Assembly: GCA_041690135.1 (NCBI GenBank)
Contig: JAWLHY010000001.1
Span: forward strand, 832,001-896,000
DNA from: Armatimonadota bacterium
GTDB lineage: Bacteria; Armatimonadota; SYMT01
Length of the DNA stretch: 64,000 bases
Direction: 5' to 3'
Shown here: piece by piece, positions 18,145 to 27,671 of the stretch
Layout of the letters: each line of letters begins with the position of its first letter
Position numbering within the stretch: the stretch's first letter is position 1
Notes under the pieces: generated by a model
Seen by the model: the letters and a program-made list of their open reading frames with translations, nothing else
Told to the model about the DNA's origin: nothing
Database searches by the model: none
Position numbers and translations under genes: made by a program

Positions 18145-19946
18145 TGGTCTTCGTCCTGGACGGCATTCAACAGGGCGAGCATCGACCGCGCCTGCCGGCA
18201 CTCGGGCGCCAACTGCAGCACCTTGCGGAGCGGAGACACGCCCTCGTCCTTGTTACGCCGCTGCGCGTAGTACTGTCCCATCGCGTAGTACGGAGCCCAC
18301 CAGTCGTTCCGAGATTGCGTCACGTCCGTCAGCAGGTCCAGGGCTTCCTCCGAGAAGCCGGCGGAAGCATAGACCCGCGCCAGGGCGTAGCTCGCGGGCC
18401 AGCAGTCGCGGTGGACCTTCTGCACCTGCTGCAGTAGGGCGCGCCAGGCGGTGGCGGAAACCGAGTATTTCCCGCGGATCTCCACCTCCCCGGCGACCTC
18501 TTCACCCTCTTTCCGCCAGACGAAGCCCGCCCAGCGCTCGTCGCTCTTCTGGTAAGCCAGTTCGGGAGCCTTGGCACTGGGGCCTTCGACCCAGGCCAGC
18601 AAGGCAGTGGCTTCCATCTCCGGGCTGGTGCGCGCTGTGCCCTTCAGTTCGCGGGCGGCGAGGAGGGCCGCCTTCGCGGGCTCCCGCTGGGCCGCGGCCA
18701 ACCACGCCAGCCCGGCACGATAACGGGCCTGGAGCAGGTCTTCCCGCGCCTGGGGATGCGTCTTGCCGCGTACCTTCTCCGCGCGATCCGCTGCTTCCGT
18801 CATCGCCTTGGCCGCCTCGGGCCACTTTCCGGAGAGAACCAGCAGCGAGCCCCAGGTGTTCCAGGTCTGGGCCGAGGCGTCGGGACGCTGGGCCGCTTCC
18901 CGGAAGTAGGCTTCCGCTGCGGGGTAGTTCCGCTGCCGTGCGTGGAAATTCGCCAACTGCGCCCGGGCCTGGGTGTGGAGCACGGGCAGTTTCCGGGTGT
19001 CGGCCAGTGTGATGAGACGGTTGTAGGTTCCCTCCGCTTCCTTGACACCGCCCGTTCGTTCATAAGTCCGTGCCAGCTCGTAGTAGAGCTCGCCCGCCGT
19101 AGGATGCTTGGCGATGCCCGCCTGGTACTCCGCGACGGCGTCCGGAACTCGGTTCAGGACCACAAACCGCTGGGCGCGGAGCCGGTACGCGTCCGGGGTT
19201 TCGGGCGCCAGTTCCAGGTAGGTGACCGCCGCGGCATCTTCCTGGCGACCGCGATTCAGTTCCTGGTTCACCTCCACCAGGTACAGCCATGCATCCGCGC
19301 GTTTCGGGTCGGCGGCGATTACCGCCTCGAGGGGGTCGAGCGCCCGCGACCGATTCCCCAGAACCCGGACGTAGAGGTAACCGAGGGCGAAGTTCCAGTC
19401 GAGGGTCTGCGGCCTGGCGGCCATTCCTCTGGAGAGGATCGCCACCGCCTGGTCGACGGTCTCCGGGGCTGCCATTTGCCGCACCAGTTCCAGAAGCTCC
19501 TTCTGGTTACCCAGGGCGAAGTGGGCGATCAGCAGGCCACCGGAAAGTCCTGCTCCCTGGGGCGCTGCGTTCCGCGCCGCTTCGAACGCCTTCAGGGCCG
19601 GTGCGGCCTGGCCGGCATCGAGATGTCCCCAGCCGGTCTTCTCCCAGAGGTCCCAGTCCTCCGGCGTCAATTCGGCGGCCTGCTGAAGGACTTTGGCGGC
19701 CTCCGCGTAATTGCCGACCCCCTGCAGGTCTTCGGCATAGAAGGCTAATTGTTGAGCCTGGGTCTCTTTAGGCAGGCGCGGGTTGATCACCGGTTTCCGG
19801 ACCGTGGGCAGGCGCCGCGCGGGCATCGGCTTTGCGCCGGTCGCGGCGGGCGCTGACCGGACTGCCCCGGTCTGCGCCCCCACCCCCGTCGCCGCCAGGG
19901 TTCCCAATACCACCGCCCAACCTGCCGCCTTGCTCCGGTTGCCCAT
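18141..19946 (-). CDS. Exported tetratricopeptide repeat protein
   Basis: Signal peptide then many TPR-like repeats (e.g. YYELARTYERTG, YYAMGQYY). Confidence 0.8.
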   Translation of the reverse strand: MGNRSKAAGWAVVLGTLAATGVGAQTGAVRSAPAATGAKPMPARRLPTVRKPVINPRLPKETQAQQLAFYAEDLQGVGNYAEAAKVLQQAAELTPEDWDLWEKTGWGHLDAGQAAPALKAFEAARNAAPQGAGLSGGLLIAHFALGNQKELLELVRQMAAPETVDQAVAILSRGMAARPQTLDWNFALGYLYVRVLGNRSRALDPLEAVIAADPKRADAWLYLVEVNQELNRGRQEDAAAVTYLELAPETPDAYRLRAQRFVVLNRVPDAVAEYQAGIAKHPTAGELYYELARTYERTGGVKEAEGTYNRLITLADTRKLPVLHTQARAQLANFHARQRNYPAAEAYFREAAQRPDASAQTWNTWGSLLVLSGKWPEAAKAMTEAADRAEKVRGKTHPQAREDLLQARYRAGLAWLAAAQREPAKAALLAARELKGTARTSPEMEATALLAWVEGPSAKAPELAYQKSDERWAGFVWRKEGEEVAGEVEIRGKYSVSATAWRALLQQVQKVHRDCWPASYALARVYASAGFSEEALDLLTDVTQSRNDWWAPYYAMGQYYAQRRNKDEGVSPLRKVLQLAPECRQARSMLALLNAVQDEDQ

Positions 19947-20044
19947 CAGTTGCACCTGCCCTGGAAAAGCCGCTCTCCTACCCATTAGACGCTCGTATCC
20001 GGCACTTGACGACTGGGATTCGGTATCGCCTTGCGCCTGCCTCT

Positions 20045-20082
20045 CTTTGCGTCCTCTGCGCGCTCCGCGACCTTTGCGTTGA
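20045..20082 (+). repeat. Degenerate 9-mer tandem repeat CT(T/C)(T/C)GCGNN x4
   Basis: CTTTGCGTC CTCTGCGCG CTCCGCGAC CTTTGCGTT. Confidence 0.65.
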
Positions 20083-20107
20083 AATCGACCGTGCCGTCGG
20101 ACCCAGA

Positions 20108-20986
20108 TCAGGACTCGGCAAACAGCGCCGCCGCGAACTCCTTGCCCCGGAACACGTCGAAGTCGGTCGCCTTCTCCCCCGTTCCTACGAACTTGATGGG
20201 AATCTTCATTTCATCCTTCACGGTGATAATGACCCCACCGCGCGCGGTGCCGTCCATCTTCGTAAGGATGATGCCGGTGAGCGGCACGATCTCCGCGAAG
20301 CTTTGCGCCTGCGAGATTGCGTTCTGCCCAATGGTGGCGTCCAGGACCAGCAGCACCTCGTCGGTCGGCCTCCCAAGGGCCCGCTCCGCCACGCGCTGCA
20401 CCTTCTTCAGCTCTTCCATCAGGTGGGTCTTCGTGTGGAGACGGCCTGCCGTGTCGGCAATGACCATGTCGGCACCGCGCGCCTTCGCCGCCTGAACCGC
20501 ATCAAACACCACGGCCGCCGGGTCGGTGCCTTCCCGGTGGCGCACCAGGTCGATCCCCAGCCGGTCCGCCCACACCTGGAGCTGGTCGATGGCCGCCGCG
20601 CGGAAGGTATCCGCCGCCGCCAGGAGGACCTTCTTGCCCTGGCGGTTGAAATAGTGCGCGAGCTTGGCGGCTGAAGTGGTCTTCCCCGTCCCGTTGACGC
20701 CGACGATCAGTACCAGGGTCGGGTCCGGCGTACCCCAGTTGATGCCCCGCTGGCCCTCGGAGAGGACGCGCTCGATCTCTCCCTTGAGCCAATCCATCAC
20801 CTCTTCCGCGCTGGAGTAGCGGTTCTTGCGGGTCGCCTGGCGCAAGTCTTCCACCAGCCGGGTGGCGGTGTGGACCCCCACGTCGGATTCGATCAGGGTC
20901 TCCTCCAGCTCATCGAACAACGCGTCGTCGAACTTTGTCCGGCCCTGGAAAACCTGGGTCACCTTCTGGAACAAGCCGCGGAACAT
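20108..20986 (-). CDS. ftsY: Signal recognition particle receptor FtsY (short NG form)
   Basis: [31 protein letters not shown]; AGGAGG RBS before ATG 20986. Confidence 0.95.
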   Translation of the reverse strand: MFRGLFQKVTQVFQGRTKFDDALFDELEETLIESDVGVHTATRLVEDLRQATRKNRYSSAEEVMDWLKGEIERVLSEGQRGINWGTPDPTLVLIVGVNGTGKTTSAAKLAHYFNRQGKKVLLAAADTFRAAAIDQLQVWADRLGIDLVRHREGTDPAAVVFDAVQAAKARGADMVIADTAGRLHTKTHLMEELKKVQRVAERALGRPTDEVLLVLDATIGQNAISQAQSFAEIVPLTGIILTKMDGTARGGVIITVKDEMKIPIKFVGTGEKATDFDVFRGKEFAAALFAES

Positions 20987-21881
20987 GCTGCCTCCTGATT
21001 CCTGCGCCCGCCCGGCGGACGATACCGCCCAGGATGTTACACCGCCCGCTTCGGCCGAAGCAAGTGCGCTCGCGCCGAACGGCCGCGCTCCCCGGAAACG
21101 GGGCAACGACCTGGAGGGCGCGGAATGGACCCGCTTCTCCATCAGCGTGTGGAACGACATCCGCAAGACCGCCGAAGAGCAGTCCCTCAAGCACCCCGCC
21201 ATGTTCCCCGTGATGCTGGTGCAGCGCGTCATCCGCGCTTTCACGCGGGACGCCCAGATCCGGATCCTCGATCCATTCTGCGGCTCGGGCTCCACGCTGG
21301 TGGCGGCCCGGACCCTTGGGCGCCAGGGGATCGGGTTCGAAGTCTGCGACGACTATGTCCAACTGGCCCGCCGGCGGGTTGCCGAGCTGGAAGGTCCCGA
21401 ACCGCTGATCTTCCCGGAGAGCGCGCTGCGGATTCCCGAACGCCTCGAAGCGGACAGCGTCGACCTGTGCGTGACCTCACCCCCCTACTGGGATATCCTC
21501 TCGCAGAAGCGGACGGCCGACAACCGGGAGATCCGCGATTATGGCCCCGCTGATGAGGACCTCTCCCGGGTCCACGACTACGAGGCTTTCATCGACCGCC
21601 TGGGAGACGTCTTCACCGGGGTCTACCGGGTACTGAAGCCCGGAGCCTATTGCGTGGTGAACGTGATGGACCTGCGGAAGAAGTCGCAGTTCTACCCCCT
21701 CCACAGCGATCTGGCTTCCCGGCTCTCCGACCCCGCCCGGGGCGGTCTGTTCCTCTACGATGACCTGATCGTGTGGGACCGCCGCGCCGATTACAACTAC
21801 CTCCGTCCGCTTGGCTATCCGGCCGTCTTCCGTATTAACAAGGTCCACGAGTTTCTCATCATCCTTCGGAAGTCGCCCTGA
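20985..21881 (+). CDS. N4/N6 DNA methyltransferase, permuted motif order
   Basis: HPAMFP, then motif I DPFCGSGST, then motif IV VTSPPY, RVLKPG, HEFLIILRK; start uncertain. Confidence 0.85.
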   Translation: MLPPDSCARPADDTAQDVTPPASAEASALAPNGRAPRKRGNDLEGAEWTRFSISVWNDIRKTAEEQSLKHPAMFPVMLVQRVIRAFTRDAQIRILDPFCGSGSTLVAARTLGRQGIGFEVCDDYVQLARRRVAELEGPEPLIFPESALRIPERLEADSVDLCVTSPPYWDILSQKRTADNREIRDYGPADEDLSRVHDYEAFIDRLGDVFTGVYRVLKPGAYCVVNVMDLRKKSQFYPLHSDLASRLSDPARGGLFLYDDLIVWDRRADYNYLRPLGYPAVFRINKVHEFLIILRKSP

Positions 21882-21990
21882 TAAGAGCGCCACGAAGCTC
21901 GACTGCGGGTTGGAATTGGCGCCTGCTACTTTTTGGCACACGCCGAACCAGGACATGGTTGCCTGTCCGTAGAAAGAGGGACGGGCAACC

Positions 21991-22950
21991 ATGTCGATGC
22001 AAGCAGCGCCGAAAACCGTTAGTCGCCCCCGGACCCGCCCGTGGTCCGCTACGCGGGTCCGCACCTTCCAGGAATGCCGCCGGAAATACTACTTCCGGTA
22101 TCACCTGGCGCCCCTCGCGCGTAAGCCGGGTGCGCCGCCGCTCGCCTACCAGATAGACCGGGTCAAAGACCTGGTCGGCCTGGAAGCATGGGCCGGCGAC
22201 CTGGTCCACCACGTGATCGAAACGGCGCTCAATCGCTGGCGAGCGCGCCGCGACTACACCGAGACGGAAGCCCTGGCACAGGCCAACCGCATGCTCAGCA
22301 GCCAGTACCGCGACTCCCACGACTACTGGAACGCCCATCCCGACTCCTACACCCGCCGGCCGGTGCTGCTCGACATGCACTACTACTCCGACGCCGGGCT
22401 TAGTAAGGACCGGGCGCAGAAGTTGCGGGAGACCGTCCACCAGTCACTACGCTCCTTCTTCCGGTCCGACCTGGCTCTCCGCCTGCGGGCGCTCGATCCC
22501 GGGGACTGGCGCCCGATCGACCGGAATGCATCCGCACGCCTGGAAGACGATACCTTGATCCTCGTAAAACCGGACTTCGCCTTTGTGGATGGGGACCGGT
22601 TGATGATCCTGGACTGGAAGACCGGCCGTCCCGACCCCTACTGGGAGATGATCCAGGTTACCTGCTACGCGCTCTATGCGGCGGACCGCTGGGGGTACTC
22701 GCTGGAGCAGATCGATCCCCGGGTGGTGCATCTGTTTCCGGAGTTCCGCTTCTCGGACACAGAATACACGTGGGACAGCATTCAGGACGTGAAGTTCCTG
22801 ATCCGCGAGTCGCAGGCGGAGATCGTGGACCTGGTCGGCACCGAAGAATTGCCGCCGCAAGAGCGCTTCCCCTGTACGGAAGATGGGATGCGCTGCCGGT
22901 GGTGCCAGTTCCGCGGAGTGTGCGAGGGCGCCCGCCGGGACGGAGAGTGA
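21991..22950 (+). CDS. PD-(D/E)XK nuclease family protein (AddB/Cas4-like, probable Fe-S)
   Basis: WSATRVRTFQECRRKYY; PD...DWKTG; Q...Y; C-terminal CRWCQFRGVC. Confidence 0.85.
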   Translation: MSMQAAPKTVSRPRTRPWSATRVRTFQECRRKYYFRYHLAPLARKPGAPPLAYQIDRVKDLVGLEAWAGDLVHHVIETALNRWRARRDYTETEALAQANRMLSSQYRDSHDYWNAHPDSYTRRPVLLDMHYYSDAGLSKDRAQKLRETVHQSLRSFFRSDLALRLRALDPGDWRPIDRNASARLEDDTLILVKPDFAFVDGDRLMILDWKTGRPDPYWEMIQVTCYALYAADRWGYSLEQIDPRVVHLFPEFRFSDTEYTWDSIQDVKFLIRESQAEIVDLVGTEELPPQERFPCTEDGMRCRWCQFRGVCEGARRDGE

Positions 22951-23132
22951 GCTTTGAAGCGGGCTTGGCGGGCGTGAACGCTCCGGGCACGACATTTCTC
23001 TCACCCAGGCGCACACTCCGCTGGTTGCTTCCGGCAGGAAGCGATAATGAAGGTGTAGAACGTACCGGAGCCGTCCCGGCGGGTGGATTTTCCCGTATTT
23101 CGCGGCCGTTCCTTCCGTTAGTTGTTGAACCC

Positions 23133-25034
23133 ATGCCCTCCCTCGCTACCGGCGATACCTCGTTACAGCAGCGGCTGCACCGCCGCGAGCGCGAACTCCG
23201 TGCCATCCACCGGATCACGGCGGCGCTCCACGCCCGCACCGGCCTCGACGAACTGGAGCGGGAGGCGCTCAACGCGGCCATCGAGACGTTGAGCGCGGCG
23301 GGCGGGACGATCTACCTCCACGATCCGGTACGGAAGGTCCTGGTTTTCCGCTATGTCGTCGGTGCCAGTCCGGAGATCACCCGGAAATTGACCGGGATGG
23401 AGATGCCGGACGACCAGGGCATTGCCGGCGAAGTTTTCCGCACCGGAGAGAGCCGGATCACGCTGCGGGTCTCCGATGACGAGGCGCACTACGCCGAGAT
23501 CGACGCCCGGACCAACTTCCGCACCGAAAGCGCTCTCACCGCACCTTTACGGAGCGTGGGGGGCAAAATGCTGGGGGTGATGCAGCTCCAGAACCGCCAG
23601 GAAGGGCAGTTCGACGACGCCGACCTCGAACTGTTGGAGATCGTCGCCACCCAGGCCGCCTCCGCAATCGAGACAGCGTGTTTGTATGAGGAGGCCCGGC
23701 GTGCCGCCGAGAGCCGGCTGAACCGGCGTGAACGCGAGTTGCGGGCTATTCGCCGGATCACCGCCGCCCTGCACGCGCGCACCAACCTGGACGAACTGGA
23801 GCGTGAAGCCCTCAACACGGCGATCGAAACCCTGGAGGCGTCCGGCGGCACCATTTACCTTCACGATCCCAATAAGAAGGTTCTGATCTTCCGTTACGTG
23901 GTGGGAGCCACCCCGGAAATCACGAAGAAACTGACCGGTCTGGAGATGCCGGACGACCGGGGCATTTCCGGCGAAGTGTTCCACTCGGGAGAGGGCCGGA
24001 TCACCCTGAAGGTGTCGGAAGACAGCAGCCACAACCGCGAAGTCGACGCCCGCACCCAGTTCCGAACGGAGAGCACCATTACCGTGCCGCTGAAGAGCAT
24101 GGCGGGGCACACGCTGGGGGTGATGCAGCTACTCAACCGGCGGCAAGGTCACTTCGATGAGGACGACCTGGAGGTACTGGCGATCATCAGTGCCCAGGCG
24201 GCTTCCGCCATCGAGACGGCCCGGCTTTATGAAGAAGCCCGGCGTGCCTCGGTCATCCACCTGATCGGCGATATCAGCCACGACGTGAAGAACTTCCTGA
24301 CGCCGGTCGTGACGGGTACCCAGACGCTCGAGATGATGATGGACTCGATGTTCGAGGACCTCCAGCGGGAGATCCCGAACCTGCCCGAGCCGAACCGTAA
24401 GGCCGTCGATTGGGCGGTGGGCGGCGTACGCGACTTCTACCAGGAAGCGGTGGGGATGGTGTACGACGGCGCGCGGGACGCCCAGGAGAGGGTTAGGGAG
24501 ATCGCCGACGCCATCAAGGGGATCACTTCCAAGCCGCACTTCGAGCTCACGGACATCCGCGAGCGAGTAGAGCAGGTCGCCAAGTACCTCAAGCCCGTGG
24601 CCGAGCGGGAGTCCGTGACCATCGACCTTTCCGGCATCCGGGACACCGAGCCCGTGGAGATCGACCGAAAGGGCTTCTACAACGCCCTTTACAACCTGAT
24701 CAACAACGCCATACCGGAAACGCCGGCGGGCGGAATGATCATGGTCCGCACGCAGGCGATCGACTTCGAAGGGCGGCCCGGCCTGGAGATCCAGGTGGCG
24801 GACACCGGCAAGGGCATGCCTTGCCATGTCCGCGAGCGGATTCTCTCCGGGGACAGCATCAGCACCAAGCCCGGCGGAACGGGCCTGGGCACTAAGATTG
24901 TCCTCAATGTGGTGGAACTTCACCACGGGAAGATCGACATCTGGAGCGAACCGGGAAAGGGCACCACCTTCATTATCCGGATCCCTCTGCGACAGCCGCG
25001 TCCGGAGCCGGAAGGTGCCGTAGCCCCCGCGTGA
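23133..25034 (+). CDS. Cytoplasmic sensor histidine kinase with two tandem GAF domains
   Basis: Two near-duplicate ~180-aa GAF units; H-box SHDVKN; NLINNA, DTGKG, GTGLG; no TM segments. Confidence 0.92.
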   Translation: MPSLATGDTSLQQRLHRRERELRAIHRITAALHARTGLDELEREALNAAIETLSAAGGTIYLHDPVRKVLVFRYVVGASPEITRKLTGMEMPDDQGIAGEVFRTGESRITLRVSDDEAHYAEIDARTNFRTESALTAPLRSVGGKMLGVMQLQNRQEGQFDDADLELLEIVATQAASAIETACLYEEARRAAESRLNRRERELRAIRRITAALHARTNLDELEREALNTAIETLEASGGTIYLHDPNKKVLIFRYVVGATPEITKKLTGLEMPDDRGISGEVFHSGEGRITLKVSEDSSHNREVDARTQFRTESTITVPLKSMAGHTLGVMQLLNRRQGHFDEDDLEVLAIISAQAASAIETARLYEEARRASVIHLIGDISHDVKNFLTPVVTGTQTLEMMMDSMFEDLQREIPNLPEPNRKAVDWAVGGVRDFYQEAVGMVYDGARDAQERVREIADAIKGITSKPHFELTDIRERVEQVAKYLKPVAERESVTIDLSGIRDTEPVEIDRKGFYNALYNLINNAIPETPAGGMIMVRTQAIDFEGRPGLEIQVADTGKGMPCHVRERILSGDSISTKPGGTGLGTKIVLNVVELHHGKIDIWSEPGKGTTFIIRIPLRQPRPEPEGAVAPA

Positions 25035-25067
25035 TATACGGGTAACCTTCCGGGTATCATAGTTCCA

Positions 25068-26039
25068 ATGAGCTTCTTGGATACCCTCAAGGAAGTCTCC
25101 GCCCATACGGTGCGGAAGGAAGCGGCGCGCCTGTTTGTCCTGGCCATTGCCGGCGACAAAGACAGCGTGGACGCCGTGTGCGCGCAACTCCTCGACGGCG
25201 CAAGCCCGGAGGAGCGACAGGTTGCCGCGACCTACCTGTTTTGCGCCTCGCCGCCCTACTCGGAAGCAGACGAAAAGCGGCTGCGCCATGCGGACCTGCT
25301 TGTATCGCTTCCGGGAGGGCCGGGCCTCACCGATTTCCGTCCGGCGGATACCCTCCAGGTCGCGCGCCCCGAGGATCTCGTCGGACACGTGCTGGAACAC
25401 CGTCCCGACCTGTGGGTGCCGTTGGGCCGCCGTCTGCCGGGCTTCCGGCAGCAGGCCGCCGAATCGGTCATCCGCGGCGTGAGCCGGGTCAACGCGGAGT
25501 TTGCCGCCATCGCGGGGATTCCCACGGTACTGCCGGTCCTCGGCCCCGTCCTGGGGGTGGTGGCCGGCGCGGACGTCCTCATCCTGACCAAGAACCAGGT
25601 CCTGATGATCTTCCGCCTGGCGGCAATCTACGGAGAGGATCTCGGCCTCCGAGACCGCTACCGGGAAGTGTTAACGGTGATTGGCGGCGCCTTCGGCTGG
25701 CGGACCCTGGCCCGGCATGTCCTGGGTCTGGTACCGGGTGGGGTCGGCCTGGGGATACGGGCGCTCATCGCCTACTCGGGAACCTACGCCACCGGTCGCG
25801 TCGCGCAGATGCTCTTCGACGAGGGCCGCCGTCCCGATCGCCGGGAGATGCGCCGGATCTACGAGGATGCCGCCGCGCTGGCGAAGGGGACGCTCGACAC
25901 CCTGCGCCCGAAGCGGGAGCTACCGGAAGAACGCAAAGCCCTCCCGGAAGGGAGCCTACCGGACCTATCAGATCAGGAGACTTCGGACAGCGAGAGTTCC
26001 ACCGCCCCAACGGCACCTTCGGGCAAGACGGATATGTAG
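25068..26039 (+). CDS. Hypothetical protein with DUF697/EcsC-like C-terminal helical region
   Basis: DVLILTKNQ, RLAAIYG, IAYSGTYATG; TATCAT 7 nt before ATG suggests a leaderless mRNA. Confidence 0.6.
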   Translation: MSFLDTLKEVSAHTVRKEAARLFVLAIAGDKDSVDAVCAQLLDGASPEERQVAATYLFCASPPYSEADEKRLRHADLLVSLPGGPGLTDFRPADTLQVARPEDLVGHVLEHRPDLWVPLGRRLPGFRQQAAESVIRGVSRVNAEFAAIAGIPTVLPVLGPVLGVVAGADVLILTKNQVLMIFRLAAIYGEDLGLRDRYREVLTVIGGAFGWRTLARHVLGLVPGGVGLGIRALIAYSGTYATGRVAQMLFDEGRRPDRREMRRIYEDAAALAKGTLDTLRPKRELPEERKALPEGSLPDLSDQETSDSESSTAPTAPSGKTDM

Positions 26040-26044
26040 GGGAC

Positions 26045-26368
26045 TTACCCGTTCTTGTAGTCGATGAAGTCCGCAAGGTCCTGAACCGTTCCGTGAGCGA
26101 TCCATCGCTGGAGTTCATCGAGACCAGCGTCCGGAATCGTCAGGCCCAGACTCGCTGACAGTTCCAGGCCCTCTTCCAGCAGCATCGTAAATTCGATCAG
26201 GTCCAGAGAATCGTCCGTGAGCTCGCTGGCGGGTACCTCTCCGCGGGAGGCGTTGTCCGGCGCTCCCCGGTCCATGAGGATGCGGATCCGGGTTTCCGGC
26301 TTGATCACAGCTTCTTCGATACCGATGGCTGCAGCGAGCACCCGGCGGAGCTTCTCAAAGGTCGTCAT
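26045..26368 (-). CDS. Atypical acyl carrier protein
   Basis: MTTFEKLRRVLA..IGI...IKPET, DSLDLIEFTMLLEE, TIPD, TVQDLADFI. Confidence 0.7.
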   Translation of the reverse strand: MTTFEKLRRVLAAAIGIEEAVIKPETRIRILMDRGAPDNASRGEVPASELTDDSLDLIEFTMLLEEGLELSASLGLTIPDAGLDELQRWIAHGTVQDLADFIDYKNG

Positions 26369-26553
26369 CGCAGTTTCTTCACCTACCTGGCGGCCCTACG
26401 GCGGGAATCACCGATCACGAGTATGGAAACGTAGGAGCCCCGGCTCTGGTTGCCCTCGGCATGTACCCGATCAGCGCCTGCAAACACGCACGCCCTAACG
26501 CACCCCGCCGCCCTTGCACCGATCCGTGGTCGCCGCCGGGTACGAAACTCCAC

Positions 26554-27252
26554 CTACGGCGGCGAAACGCGCCGGTACTCGACAAACTTTCCCTCCTCAT
26601 CGAGCAGCGGGACCAGGATGCGATCGTAGGGCTCCTTCGCATTCTTTCGGACATAGACCTCCGCGCCATCTTCCGCGTTGCCGATCGTTCGCAGTTCGGC
26701 GGTGGTATCCGCAATCGTCCGTTCTTCGGCCGCTCTCCAGGTCCGGTCTTCGAACCGAAGTTCCATCGGCATGCCGGTACTGCGGAACTCCTTCTGGGAA
26801 GGGGCAGCGGGGGCCGTTTCCGCCGGTTTCGGCGACTTGCGCTCGGAGGGGGTTGGTTCGCCCGTCTTTCCGGTTGTGGACGGGTGGCGAGTGACCGCGC
26901 CTTCTCCGGCGCGCTCACCTTCTTCCCGAGTGCCATCCTCTCGTTCAATGATGATGGTCCGTTCCCGCACCACGGGCGGGCTGGCCGGCTGGGTAGGTTC
27001 GGCAGGCGCCGCGGGCGGCGAGGGTTCTACCGGTTGGGTGGGTTCCGCCGGCGGTGGCGTTGCGGGGGCACCCGGAGGCGGGAAGGGGACGATCTCCGGA
27101 CTGTCCGGAGGTGACGGGGCCTGCACCACCGTGGTAGAGTCAGGGGCGTCGCCGCGGTTCGAGGCGACGATAGCCATGGTAAAGATGAACAGCGCGACGA
27201 CCGCTGCAAGGATTGCCCAGAACCAGGGCTGGCGGTGCACCGGACCCGACAT
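26554..27252 (-). CDS. Hypothetical membrane-anchored Pro-rich protein
   Basis: N-terminal TM helix, Pro-rich linker, small C-terminal domain. Confidence 0.7.
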   Translation of the reverse strand: MSGPVHRQPWFWAILAAVVALFIFTMAIVASNRGDAPDSTTVVQAPSPPDSPEIVPFPPPGAPATPPPAEPTQPVEPSPPAAPAEPTQPASPPVVRERTIIIEREDGTREEGERAGEGAVTRHPSTTGKTGEPTPSERKSPKPAETAPAAPSQKEFRSTGMPMELRFEDRTWRAAEERTIADTTAELRTIGNAEDGAEVYVRKNAKEPYDRILVPLLDEEGKFVEYRRVSPP

Positions 27253-27351
27253 GGAAAACTCCCGTATCTATGAGAAGAACCGGCGCTAGAGGCCGTATCT
27301 TTCGCTCAGGCGATACCCGGTGCGGGGCGCGCCACAAACAGAGGAGCTTTG

Positions 27352-27552
27352 ATGGACCCGACCCTTTTGATTGCGGTGGGCGTGCTGCACCTGGTTGCGG
27401 CCGTTGATGTATGGTTTTCGCAACTGACGCGCACGGCCAAAACCCTGTGGACCCTGGCGCTGGTCTTCCTGCCGGTTATCGGTATCGTGGCCTGGCTGTT
27501 GACCCGAAGCTCGGCCCACCAGGGCGTGGATGAGGGAGCGCTCGCCGGTTAG
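27352..27552 (+). CDS. PLDc N-terminal-like small membrane protein
   Basis: K..W..LVFLPVIGIVAWLL; GAGGAG RBS. Confidence 0.75.
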   Translation: MDPTLLIAVGVLHLVAAVDVWFSQLTRTAKTLWTLALVFLPVIGIVAWLLTRSSAHQGVDEGALAG

Positions 27553-27671
27553 CCTGACCGGCGCTCCGCCGTTGCGCGGATCGAATTGAAGAGGAGAGGA
27601 ATGGGGAATGGGGGGATGCTTCCATTCCTCCATTCCCCGTTTCTACGCGGTGGAAAGCTGCCGCACCGGGA

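Noticed and set aside
20987-21295. N-terminal extension of FtsY in the 395-aa track ORF, and MTase start at 20826
   Set aside because: Each extension is antisense to the other gene's conserved coding region; a strong RBS supports ftsY starting at 20986
21933-21950. sigma54 promoter (TGGCAC)
   Set aside because: No TTGC at the -12 position
21991-22950. cas4 of a CRISPR-Cas locus
   Set aside because: No cas1, cas2 or array; stand-alone PD-(D/E)XK proteins of this type are common
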